In this document: positions 24,224 to 33,270 of the stretch, one piece after another
How the letters are laid out: each line of letters opens with the position of its first letter
Numbering within the stretch: position 1 is the stretch's first letter
Assembly (NCBI GenBank): GCA_005239745.1
Contig: SBBL01000055.1
Coordinates: 1-48,569, forward strand
Direction of reading: 5' to 3'
Length of the DNA: 48,569 nt
Source of the DNA: Candidatus Troglogloeales bacterium
GTDB lineage: Bacteria > Nitrospirota > Nitrospiria > SBBL01
Program-made: the position numbers and the translations under genes
The notes under the pieces: generated by a model
Database searches by the model: none
What the model saw: only the letters and a program-made list of their open reading frames with translations
What the model was told of the DNA's origin: nothing

Positions 24224-26821
24224 ATGATGAGACCCCTCCTATCGTACGTTCTCGTGTGTTTATGTGTCCTCTCTCTAAGGGGCACATCTTGGGCGGCGGC
24301 TAGCGCCGCCTCCTCCGTCCGGTACGACATTGGGGTAGCCTATTACGACCACCGCCTATGGGGAATGGAACGGATCACATTAATTAATGGTAGCGCTACC
24401 CCACTGGGAACACTTGAGTTACTCCTCTACCCCAATCTCTACCGCATGCGCAATCCTGCCCTTCCAGGAGAGTATTACGACAAGATATATCCTGTTACCT
24501 TCAATAGTGGAAATGTGGAGATACTGGCGATTGAACAGCTACATGGCAAGCCTATTCCATTTAACAAACGGGGAATGACTTCCGTAGAGATGGTGCTGGA
24601 TCGCCCGATTGCACCGGAGGAACAATTTGCCTTTAATGTTCGCTTTGCCACCACCATCCCGGAAAAGTTTGGCGTTTTTGGGTACTACGACGACCTGATA
24701 ACCTTACAAGGGGGATGGCACCCGTATCTTGCCCCCCGTCAGGGGGCCGGGGATGTGTCACAGTCGCCGGACGCGGCGACGTTCAATATCCACCTTACCT
24801 TACCGGACACGCTGCAACTGATGGCCTCTGCCCCTATTCAGTGGGAAGGACGACACGACGGATATCGGGTTGCGAAGATGAGCGCTCATGCGGTACCGTT
24901 CTTTTCCTTCTCTATCGGTCACCATCTTATCCATAAAGAGGCCGCCATCCCTTCCCTGCCAGGGGTTTCAATCGTTTATCAAATCGCCCCGGAAGATCAA
25001 CTTTATGGCGATCAGATTGTCCGAGTGGCCATAGATGCGATCACCTTTTTTCATCAAACCGTTCCTATGGTTTCTCCCCTACGCGTACAATTGGCAGAAG
25101 CTTTTTTGCATCAGGATATCGTGGGTAACGGGGCAAATTTGTTGTATGTTGATAGGCGCATGTTTAAGGTGTTTAAGAGGATGCGGCGCTTCCATGAAGC
25201 CGGTTTAACCCGTGGGCTCTTTGTCCTCCTTTGGACGCAGCAACGTCCGGAGGAGGAGCCCTGGGTTATCGAAGGGTTAGCCCATGAAACGATGGTGGCC
25301 TTTATGTCTCAGCGATATAAAAGCCTATCCGACATGGAACAAATTTTGCGGCCCTTTGGTTTTATTCCCCTGATGGATGACTTGCTCTATAGAAAAGACG
25401 TCCCGTTTCGGGGGATTTACTTTAAGGAGCCGGAAACGGCGCCGGTTGATGAGAATGTGGCGACGTGGATGGGGCAACGGCTCTCCGGGAGCCTGCTCTT
25501 TTCTAAAATCCGAAATTTAGTGGGGTCTAACGTGATGAATGATGCCATAATTGCCTATCCAAAACAACATCAACCCTTCAGGCAAGTTCTTTTCCAAATA
25601 CCCGGCACCGGTTTTCAAGCACGGGATCTTGATCCATTGATTCATCAGTGGTTGAAAGCGCCCCCACGCCTTGATTTTTCCATCGAGGATATTCGGAAAA
25701 AATCAACTGCGCTTGGCGATCTGACGGAGATTGATATCAAAAAAACGGGGGATGGCATAGAACCGCTCGATATTCTTGTCGGAACGAAAGATCGTAAAGA
25801 ACGCACGTTACGTTGGGAAGGGACGGAATCGCATCATACGGTGGTCGTTTCGGATCGGGTAAAGTGGGTGGAGATTGACCCCGACAAACAGACCGGTGAT
25901 CCGGACCGCTCCAACAATAGGAGGCCTCTAAAATGGAAGGTACTGCTTGATCAAATAGGAATTGGGCACAATTTTAATACGGGGGCAACCCGTTATCGAA
26001 TGGGGGGACTGGCGGAGCCGTTTTATAACCCTCAAAAGCGGGTTCGCGCCGTCTTTGAGTACGATGGGGGATATGGTGGGGGGATAGAGTATGGCAGGCT
26101 TCTTGGAAAAACCAATTGGATCACCGCCGGGGCCTCTTATCTGGGAGCCAGCCGGTTTTCTGATGTGTCGCAGGAAGCCGCCGGCGTTGTGTATGTTGGC
26201 TATCAGTTAACCTATCCAAACATCCTAGATGTCCCTGCCATTCCATTGATAACGAAATATCTCAAGCAGGCGATCGGGGCCTTTCCGAACATACAACTGG
26301 CCCTACGATATGATCAGCGTGTGACGGGCGACGCCGGCGATAGACTCTTTAAGGCCACACTGGATTTTCGCAGACGATTCAGGTTCTCTACCGCCCATGG
26401 ACTTGATGTACGGTGGACGGTGGGTACGACAATGGGGCCTCTTTTTGAAGGAAACCGCTTCCGCTTGGGGGGAGATTATACCATGCGCGGTTATAATCCA
26501 GGGCAATTTTCTGGGAATCACTTGAACCTAGTTTCTGCGGAATACCGCTTTCCGCTCGCGTACGAAACGGGCGTTAATTTATTTAACCTGATGCTCACCC
26601 ACACATTGCAAGGTGCCGTTTTTGTTGATGCGGGTGACGTCACACGTGCCCCGGCGTGGTTTAAATTTGGCAAGGCGGATGTCGGTGTCGGCATCCGATT
26701 ACATGTAGACTTTCTGGGATTCTATGATTCTGTTATGCGTTTTGATGTTGCGGTGCCGCTTAACCCCAGAGACGCCGATGCAGGGCTGAAATACTATCTA
26801 ACGACCGGCCAGTCCTTTTAG
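24224..26821 (+). CDS. Omp85/BamA-family beta-barrel outer membrane protein with a large N-terminal M1-peptidase-like (apparently degenerate) domain
   Basis: Signal peptide (...LSLRGTSWAAASA). The C-terminal barrel motifs are LVSAEYRFPL, GAVFVDAGDV, GVGIRL and a terminal ...TTGQSF. The N-terminal region has FHEAGL...PWVIEGLAHE where M1 enzymes have HEXXH...WLNEGFA. Confidence 0.7.
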   Translation: MMRPLLSYVLVCLCVLSLRGTSWAAASAASSVRYDIGVAYYDHRLWGMERITLINGSATPLGTLELLLYPNLYRMRNPALPGEYYDKIYPVTFNSGNVEILAIEQLHGKPIPFNKRGMTSVEMVLDRPIAPEEQFAFNVRFATTIPEKFGVFGYYDDLITLQGGWHPYLAPRQGAGDVSQSPDAATFNIHLTLPDTLQLMASAPIQWEGRHDGYRVAKMSAHAVPFFSFSIGHHLIHKEAAIPSLPGVSIVYQIAPEDQLYGDQIVRVAIDAITFFHQTVPMVSPLRVQLAEAFLHQDIVGNGANLLYVDRRMFKVFKRMRRFHEAGLTRGLFVLLWTQQRPEEEPWVIEGLAHETMVAFMSQRYKSLSDMEQILRPFGFIPLMDDLLYRKDVPFRGIYFKEPETAPVDENVATWMGQRLSGSLLFSKIRNLVGSNVMNDAIIAYPKQHQPFRQVLFQIPGTGFQARDLDPLIHQWLKAPPRLDFSIEDIRKKSTALGDLTEIDIKKTGDGIEPLDILVGTKDRKERTLRWEGTESHHTVVVSDRVKWVEIDPDKQTGDPDRSNNRRPLKWKVLLDQIGIGHNFNTGATRYRMGGLAEPFYNPQKRVRAVFEYDGGYGGGIEYGRLLGKTNWITAGASYLGASRFSDVSQEAAGVVYVGYQLTYPNILDVPAIPLITKYLKQAIGAFPNIQLALRYDQRVTGDAGDRLFKATLDFRRRFRFSTAHGLDVRWTVGTTMGPLFEGNRFRLGGDYTMRGYNPGQFSGNHLNLVSAEYRFPLAYETGVNLFNLMLTHTLQGAVFVDAGDVTRAPAWFKFGKADVGVGIRLHVDFLGFYDSVMRFDVAVPLNPRDADAGLKYYLTTGQSF

Positions 26822-27044
26822 ACCTCAACTTAGACCTCAACCGCAAAAAAACTTGACACATGGGCTTTTTTTTGGTTACGCATAGGTGCGTCTTCTGCTA
26901 GATCACGGAATATCCTGGAGACGCTAAAGAGAGGCGGGGGTGATGGGAAAGATAGAGGACAGGCATAGGCGTCCTCCGAAGCGGTCGGGGGATCAAACAG
27001 TTCCGATAACTAAACAATTTAATCAAACGGTTGAGGAGGTTCTA

Positions 27045-27470
27045 ATGGCGACTGAAGAAACGAAGGATAAAGTAACCGGCGTTGATTTTACGGGCATTGG
27101 CAGAGCATGGAAGGACACCTACCTTGAAGGGCTGGAAGCCGGCATCAAGTGGCAGGAACAAACCGAAGGCGTGGCGAAGGGGGTAGCCGAACAGGGACTA
27201 CGGACCACACGGCAATGGCTTACCCAGTGCAGAAACTGGGCGGATATTTCGTTGAACCAAACTTTTGGACAGGCAACCAATAATTCCTTTTTTGCGCTCT
27301 TTAGGCAGGGTGTTCAGACGTGGCAAGCCGCGGCGGAACCCGTCATAAAGACCGGCGTGAATGCTTGTGAGGCGGTCCTCACCTCGTATGAGACCGCATT
27401 TGCTGTCCCATTCCGGAAGTATGTTCTTGAAGTCAATAAACAATTCATGGACACTGTTATTCCGGGGTAA
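27045..27470 (+). CDS. Small helical hypothetical protein, possible phasin / PHA-granule protein
   Basis: A GAGGAGG RBS lies 5-6 nt upstream of ATG 27045. The protein is 141 aa, amphipathic and helical, and it is the first gene of the PHA cluster. Function is inferred from context only. Confidence 0.4.
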   Translation: MATEETKDKVTGVDFTGIGRAWKDTYLEGLEAGIKWQEQTEGVAKGVAEQGLRTTRQWLTQCRNWADISLNQTFGQATNNSFFALFRQGVQTWQAAAEPVIKTGVNACEAVLTSYETAFAVPFRKYVLEVNKQFMDTVIPG

Positions 27471-27484
27471 GCATAAAGGAGATT

Positions 27485-28699
27485 ATGAGAGAAAGAAGGG
27501 CTGTTAAAGAGAGGAGAGATACTAAAGACATCGTCATTATTGGAGCAGCGAGAACCCCGATTGGGAATCTCGGCGGTTCCCTCAGTTCGGTCAGTGCCAC
27601 CAGCCTTGGAGGCTGCGTCATTCGAGAGGCGCTCCGCCGGGCGAATATCCAGCCGGAGGTGGTTGACGAAGTGATCATGGGCAATGTCCTCTCGGCCGGA
27701 CTTGGACAGGCGCCGGCCCGACAGGCGGCCCACAGCGGAGGTCTCCCGGACTCAGTGAACGCCACCACCATCAACAAGGTGTGTGGATCCGGCCTCAAGG
27801 CGGTGATGATGGCATGCCAGGCCATTCAGGCGGGCGATGCCAAGGTGGTGGTCGCGGGCGGAATGGAGAGCATGAGCCAAGCGCCCTACCTACTCGAAAA
27901 GGCCAGAAGTGGCTATCAAATTGGGCATGGAGAACTGGTGGATAGCATGATCAAAGATGGACTCTGGGATTCGCAGGGTCATCTCTCGATGGGGGCGTGC
28001 GGCGAGCTCTGCGCTGAAAAGTACGCCTTTTCGAGGGATGCCCAGGATGCGTATGCGGTGGACAGCTACACCAAGGCGCGCAGGGCACAACAGGAGGGCT
28101 GGTTTCACGACGAGATTGTAGCGGTGGAAATTCCCGGGAAGCGAGGCTCCCAGCTCGTCTCCGAGGATGAGCGCCCCGGGCGGTTTGACGAACCAAAAAT
28201 GCGCCGGCTCCCCCCGGCCTTCATGAAGAAGGGGACGATTACCGCCGGCAACGCATCAGGGGTGAATGATGGTGCGACCGCGATGGTTGTCCTCTCAGCA
28301 CAAAAAGCTCACGCTCTGGGCGTGCGCCCAATGGCAAAGATTCTCGGTTACGCCCAAAAAGCGGTGGCCCCGGAATGGTTTACTCTTGCACCGATCCAGG
28401 CGATTTCTGCCCTACTTAAGACTCTACGACGAGAGGCCGGGCAGATTGACCTGTACGAAATCAACGAGGCCTTCGCGGTGGTTCCGATGGCGGCTATCAG
28501 GGACCTCAAGCTTAACCCGGAGCGAGTGAATATCCATGGTGGCGCGATCGCCTTGGGGCATCCTCTGGGGGACAGCGGCGCGCGCGTCCTCACCACCCTC
28601 CTGTACGCCCTCAGGCGGACGGGGAAGCGGACGGGAATCGCCAGCCTCTGCATCGGTGGGGGCGAATCGGTGGCGGTCGCGGTGGAGCGGCTCTCGTAG
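27485..28699 (+). CDS. phaA: Acetyl-CoA C-acetyltransferase (biosynthetic thiolase)
   Basis: The active-site Cys is in NKVCGSGLKAV. The C-terminus has NIHGGAIALGHPLGDSGAR and CIGGGES. Confidence 0.9.
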   Translation: MRERRAVKERRDTKDIVIIGAARTPIGNLGGSLSSVSATSLGGCVIREALRRANIQPEVVDEVIMGNVLSAGLGQAPARQAAHSGGLPDSVNATTINKVCGSGLKAVMMACQAIQAGDAKVVVAGGMESMSQAPYLLEKARSGYQIGHGELVDSMIKDGLWDSQGHLSMGACGELCAEKYAFSRDAQDAYAVDSYTKARRAQQEGWFHDEIVAVEIPGKRGSQLVSEDERPGRFDEPKMRRLPPAFMKKGTITAGNASGVNDGATAMVVLSAQKAHALGVRPMAKILGYAQKAVAPEWFTLAPIQAISALLKTLRREAGQIDLYEINEAFAVVPMAAIRDLKLNPERVNIHGGAIALGHPLGDSGARVLTTLLYALRRTGKRTGIASLCIGGGESVAVAVERLS

Positions 28700-28708
28700 G
28701 AAGAGACC

Positions 28709-29461
28709 ATGGGAGAGGGATTGAAAGACCGGGTGGCACTCGTCACCGGTGCCGTCGGCGGGATCGGACAGGCGATCTCTTTGGCGCTTGCTCAAGAGGG
28801 TGCGGCAGTTGCGCTCAATTATCTGGTCGAGTCCGATGAGTCTGCAAATGCCTTCTCGGCCGAGTTTAGGCGGCGGGGATATCGGGGTCGGCTCTATAAA
28901 GCGGACGTCTCCCAGTTTAAAGATGCCAGGGAACAGATTGACAATGTGATCAAGGAATTCGGCCAACTTGACATCCTGGTCAACAATGCCGGCATCACCC
29001 TAGACAGGGCGCTAAAGAACATGGACCCTGGGGAATGGGACAAGGTAATTGCCGTTGACCTCTCATCGGTTTTCCACTGTTGTCGGGCAGCCATCGGGCA
29101 TATGCTTGAGCGAAACTATGGGCGTATCGTCAGCATCAGTTCGGTGGTCGGACAGAAGGGAAACTTTGGACAGACCAATTACGCCGCTGCAAAGGCCGGT
29201 ATGGTCGGGTTTACCAAGTCGCTCGCGCTGGAGACGGCCAGAAAGGGGATCACGGTCAATGCGGTGGCTCCCGGATTTATTAAAACAAGTATGACGGACA
29301 AGATTCCAACAAACGTGATGGATAAAATTGTGGACGGGATTCCCGTCGGGCGGTTGGCGGAGCCGTGGGAGGTCGCCCGTGCGGTACTGTTCTTGGCGGA
29401 CGAGCAGTCGTCCTACATCACCGGCCACGTACTTTCCGTCAATGGCGGCGTATATATGTAA
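28709..29461 (+). CDS. phaB: Acetoacetyl-CoA reductase / 3-oxoacyl reductase (SDR)
   Basis: TGAVGGIGQAI, NNAG and the YAAAKAG catalytic Tyr-Lys motif are present. The gene lies between the thiolase and the PHA synthase genes. Confidence 0.85.
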   Translation: MGEGLKDRVALVTGAVGGIGQAISLALAQEGAAVALNYLVESDESANAFSAEFRRRGYRGRLYKADVSQFKDAREQIDNVIKEFGQLDILVNNAGITLDRALKNMDPGEWDKVIAVDLSSVFHCCRAAIGHMLERNYGRIVSISSVVGQKGNFGQTNYAAAKAGMVGFTKSLALETARKGITVNAVAPGFIKTSMTDKIPTNVMDKIVDGIPVGRLAEPWEVARAVLFLADEQSSYITGHVLSVNGGVYM

Positions 29462-29481
29462 GGGTACCTACGGAGGGAGAT

Positions 29482-29973
29482 ATGCTAACTACGGAATGGA
29501 ACAAGCAAGCAGAAGAGATGTTCAAGGCATGGACAGACGTTCAGAGAAAAATGTGGGATGAATGGCCGCGGACCATACAAGGATTCGTCAAGTCCCAACC
29601 CGGTGAGGTCTGGGAAAAGGGCCTGCAGGCGTGGGAGGAATCCGTCAAGAAGACACTGGATGCCCAGGCCGAGTGGACCAGGCTCTGGGCGGAGAACTTC
29701 TCGACCGTGAGCGGCTTGCCGAAGGAGGTTGTCGAATGGGCGCGCGAGGGACAGGAAATGACCGAGCGGTGGACTGAGACGCAGAAAGTACTCTGGGAGA
29801 ATTGGTTCAAGTTTGCGAAGCAGTTCAACTCGTCTAAGCTGGGAGAAAATTGGGAACAGGAAGGACAGAGACTGGCCCATGCGTGGCAGGAAGCGGCAAA
29901 AAAAGCTATGGATGATCAGTCGGAATGGCTCCGCACATGGACAAAGGGTCAACAGAATAAGAGAGCAGAATGA
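29482..29973 (+). CDS. Trp-rich repeat protein resembling the PhaE N-terminal region (phasin-like)
   Basis: A GGAGGGAG RBS precedes the start. QRKMWDEW resembles the PhaE N-terminal LQRKYWDNW-type motif, and W-x3-W helices repeat through the protein. Its stop overlaps the phaE start (ATGA). Confidence 0.5.
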   Translation: MLTTEWNKQAEEMFKAWTDVQRKMWDEWPRTIQGFVKSQPGEVWEKGLQAWEESVKKTLDAQAEWTRLWAENFSTVSGLPKEVVEWAREGQEMTERWTETQKVLWENWFKFAKQFNSSKLGENWEQEGQRLAHAWQEAAKKAMDDQSEWLRTWTKGQQNKRAE

Positions 29974-31061
29974 AGGGGCCTTTCGAGAACGTGGTGGACT
30001 TAAGCGAACAAGTTGAGAATCTGGTGAAGGCTTGTGCCGAGTCCCAGACAAAGATGTGGGAAAGCTGGTGCGGGTTGTTTCGCGGCGTACCCGTACAGGG
30101 CATGCCTTTTCCAGATGTCTCGACTCAGTGGCGTGAAATAGCGATGCAAGGCCTTAAAGCGTGGACGACGGAGTCCAAGCAGGAGGTGAAAGACGCCGCC
30201 GAGGGGCTCCTGAGCCCCCATGCCGTCTTTATGCGTTTCTTCGAACTGGCCCTGACCGCATGGAAGAGTTTCCCTCCACAGGGAGGACAGGATGGGCAGA
30301 CGATGCTGACTCAGTATACCGGGCAGCTCCGAGAACATCTCCTGCAATTTCCCGAGCGGGCAGTCAGATCTCTTGAGGATACTAGTAAGCTCTGGCAATT
30401 ATACATGGGAAAGTGGCAGAAGATCGGTCAGCCCTGGCTTGAGTCGGGGCGGCGAGCGTCGTGGCGGGTCGGCGAGGCTGCGACCGGGGACGGTTCCGCG
30501 CTGATTGAGTTGACGAACCTGTACTGGGACACGTATGAGCGGACGTTTGGCTGGCTGCTCGAAAGCCCGAGTCTGGGACATACCCGCGAGTTGAATGAAC
30601 AGTTGCTCAAGGGATTCAATGCGTGGATAGACCTCCGTCGGGCGAGTCTTGAGTACCAGTTTATATGCGCAGATGTGTGGACCAAGGCGTTCGAGCGCTT
30701 CATGCTCAAGCTCATTTCACGTAAGCCGCCATACGACAAAGTGCTGGACCTTCGTGAGCTTCTCGATCTATGGATTGATACGGTAGACGAGGCGTTTCTG
30801 GAGATGTTTCGCACCGATGAGTACGTTCGGACTCAGGCGCGCCTGATGAACACCGCGATGGCCTACCGGACCCATGAACGGGCAATCACGGAGGCGTTCT
30901 TGAAGATCAGCCACGTGCCTTCCCGCAGCGAGCTGGACGAAACTCACCATAGGATATATGAGCTCCGCAAAGAAATGAAGCAACTAAAGAAAGCGCTACA
31001 AATGTTTCAGGAGGAGCGTTTGAGCCGGCACACCGGGGAACAGGCGTTTCCCCATCCTTAA
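29970..31061 (+). CDS. phaE: Class III PHA synthase subunit PhaE
   Basis: Length is 363 aa and it sits directly upstream of phaC. QTKMWESW is near the N-terminus, and the C-terminus is a coiled segment (ELDETHHRIYELRKEMKQLKKAL). Confidence 0.7.
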   Translation: MKGPFENVVDLSEQVENLVKACAESQTKMWESWCGLFRGVPVQGMPFPDVSTQWREIAMQGLKAWTTESKQEVKDAAEGLLSPHAVFMRFFELALTAWKSFPPQGGQDGQTMLTQYTGQLREHLLQFPERAVRSLEDTSKLWQLYMGKWQKIGQPWLESGRRASWRVGEAATGDGSALIELTNLYWDTYERTFGWLLESPSLGHTRELNEQLLKGFNAWIDLRRASLEYQFICADVWTKAFERFMLKLISRKPPYDKVLDLRELLDLWIDTVDEAFLEMFRTDEYVRTQARLMNTAMAYRTHERAITEAFLKISHVPSRSELDETHHRIYELRKEMKQLKKALQMFQEERLSRHTGEQAFPHP

Positions 31062-31076
31062 ATGAGGGGGCACACC

Positions 31077-32174
31077 ATGGCGGAACTCCCGTTATTCCTT
31101 CGACCCGAGGACGCAATCCGTCAGCTTACCGAACTCAATCATAAGATACTCCAAGGGATCGAGTGTCTGAGTCGTGTTGGGCCTGACGATATCCACGTTG
31201 GCGTGAGTCCAAAAGAGGAGGTCTATCGGGAGGATGGTGTGGTACTCTACCGTTATACCCAGGCGGTGGGGGCTCCGTTCCACATTCCCATCCTCTTGGT
31301 CTACGCACTCGTCAACCGCCCCTATGTGGTTGATCTTCAGGAAGACCGGTCGTTGGTGCGCAACCTGCTCAAGTTGGGGATTGACGTCTATTTAATTGAC
31401 TGGGGCTATCCCCGTCGGGGCGACCGCTGGTTGACCCTTGACGACTATGTTAACGGGTATACCAACAATTGTGTTGATGTGGTGCGCAAGCGGCACGGCC
31501 TTCCACAGATCAACCTGCTTGGAATTTGCCAGGGGGGAACGCTCAGTCTCTGTTACAGCGCACTCTATCCCGAAAAGGTAAAGAACCTCATCACGATGGT
31601 GACGCCGGTGGACTTCCATGTGGAGGGGGACGGCTTGCTCAACCGTTGGGTGGGACGCGGTAACGGGAAGGAGAACATAGACGTAGACCTTATGGTAAAT
31701 GCGTTCGGTAATATCCCCGGTGAGTTTATGAATCTTGGATTCTTGATGTTGAAGCCGTTCCAGCTAGGGGTTCGCAAATATCTGGAGATGCTCGACATCA
31801 TGGACAACAAGGAGAAACTGGTCAATTTCCTGCGCATGGAAGAATGGATATTTGACAGCCCCGATCAGGCCGGTGAAGCCTATCGGCAGTTTGTGAAGGA
31901 CTTCTACCAAGGCAACAAGTTGATCAAAGGTGAGGTCAGGATTGGAGACAAGCAGGTCAATCTGCACAACGTCAGAATGCCCGTCCTGAACATTTACGCC
32001 GAGGAGGATCACTTGGTCCCTCCGGCGTCTTCAATCGCCTTGAAGCAGCATATCCATGCCGAGGATTATACCGCCCAGTCCTTCCCGGTCGGCCACATTG
32101 GCATGTACGCCAGCGGAAAGGTACAACAGAATCTGCCCCCGCTGATTGCCGGATGGCTGAAAGAGCGAGGCTAA
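31077..32174 (+). CDS. phaC: Class III poly(R)-hydroxyalkanoate synthase subunit PhaC
   Basis: About 365 aa, which is class III size. The lipase-like box is GICQGG, and downstream Asp and His regions (EEDHLVP, VGHIGMY) are present. The start is ATG 31077 with a GAGGGGG RBS, with an alternative ATG at 31062. Confidence 0.88.
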   Translation: MAELPLFLRPEDAIRQLTELNHKILQGIECLSRVGPDDIHVGVSPKEEVYREDGVVLYRYTQAVGAPFHIPILLVYALVNRPYVVDLQEDRSLVRNLLKLGIDVYLIDWGYPRRGDRWLTLDDYVNGYTNNCVDVVRKRHGLPQINLLGICQGGTLSLCYSALYPEKVKNLITMVTPVDFHVEGDGLLNRWVGRGNGKENIDVDLMVNAFGNIPGEFMNLGFLMLKPFQLGVRKYLEMLDIMDNKEKLVNFLRMEEWIFDSPDQAGEAYRQFVKDFYQGNKLIKGEVRIGDKQVNLHNVRMPVLNIYAEEDHLVPPASSIALKQHIHAEDYTAQSFPVGHIGMYASGKVQQNLPPLIAGWLKERG

Positions 32175-33253
32175 GGGCTTGTCAAGGAATAAGGGGTGGA
32201 TGTTTTGAAAATCCCATACAGGCCCACCGCTAGAAAGAGGAAGTTGGTTCCCCACGCCGCGAGTATGGGCGACAGGACCGATTGGTGCCCGAGGGTGGTC
32301 ATTGCTGAAAAAAGTAACCAGTAACCTAATGCCATCCCCAACCCCAGGGCGATGCCTTTTGGCGTCGTTAAGGTCATCCCTAGAGAGACCCCGATGAATG
32401 CCATCACCAAATTGGCAAAGGGAAGTGCACGCTTTGCTTGCAAATCAACCCGATAGTGGGTACTGTCAAGATGATCTTCCGACAAGTGACGAATAACATC
32501 ACGCATTTGCCGGTCCGTCATCTGGTTTGAGGTAAATCTCATACCCTGAAAATTGTCGGGTGTCTGATGAAGTATAATTTGGCGCTCGTCAAACGGGGTA
32601 CGGATCACTCCGCCATTGGGTAGAAAGGTGCGATCGCTCCCTTGCTTTAATATCCAGTTTCCACCTTCATAGATCAGGAAAGCCGCCTCTGTCTGTTGTT
32701 GCAGGGAGAAGTCCTCTCCCAGGGCATAAATACGCACCCGGTGCATTCTATCCGGCGCTATTTGCCGGACGTACGCAAGTGTGCGGGGGGCAATCCGTAA
32801 CCACAGCGCATCACCCGAAAATCCAACGTCACGGCGTTTTTCAATATGAACCGTCTGCGTCATTTTAGCGGTTCGGTAAGTCAGTGGAATAAAGGTTTGA
32901 TTCAGGGAAAAAAGAATCAGTGTGATAATCGCAGCAAAGACGAGGAGCGGACTGACAAAGCGCAGTGGGCTGACACCGGCGGCGCCGGCGGCGACCAGTT
33001 CGTGATTGCGCGCAAAGAGACCCATGGTCAAGAGTGTGGACACAAGGGTGACAATAGGAAAAATGTCAAAAAGAAGTGTGGGCAGTCGGTATAAAAAATA
33101 TTGAACGATCCAGACGCTTTCGGCTTGATAGGAGGAGAACTTTCTAATTTTTTCAAGGATCTCAATGGAAAGAGAGGTAAGAAGCAGTACAGCAAGAATC
33201 ATAAAGAATGTCTTTAAGTATTCCCGTAACAGATATTTGGTTAAGAGTGGCAT
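32171..33253 (-). CDS. lptG: LPS export ABC permease, LptF/LptG (YjgP/YjgQ) family
   Basis: N-terminus MPLLTKYLLREYLKTF..., with three TM helices, a periplasmic beta-jellyroll region and three more TM helices. It pairs with the upstream paralog. Confidence 0.8.
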   Translation of the reverse strand: MPLLTKYLLREYLKTFFMILAVLLLTSLSIEILEKIRKFSSYQAESVWIVQYFLYRLPTLLFDIFPIVTLVSTLLTMGLFARNHELVAAGAAGVSPLRFVSPLLVFAAIITLILFSLNQTFIPLTYRTAKMTQTVHIEKRRDVGFSGDALWLRIAPRTLAYVRQIAPDRMHRVRIYALGEDFSLQQQTEAAFLIYEGGNWILKQGSDRTFLPNGGVIRTPFDERQIILHQTPDNFQGMRFTSNQMTDRQMRDVIRHLSEDHLDSTHYRVDLQAKRALPFANLVMAFIGVSLGMTLTTPKGIALGLGMALGYWLLFSAMTTLGHQSVLSPILAAWGTNFLFLAVGLYGIFKTSTPYSLTSP

Positions 33254-33270
33254 CTTCTCGTCTTAGGGGT

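Noticed and set aside
26818-26841. Perfect 12-bp tandem duplication TTAGACCTCAAC x2 that includes the stop codon of the Omp85 gene
   Set aside because: It is probably a replication-slippage scar. It does not change the protein, and no function can be argued from the sequence.
26853-26881. TTGACA hexamer upstream of the PHA cluster as a sigma-70 -35 box
   Set aside because: The best -10 candidate at 17-bp spacing (TTACGC) is poor. The promoter call is too weak to list as a feature.
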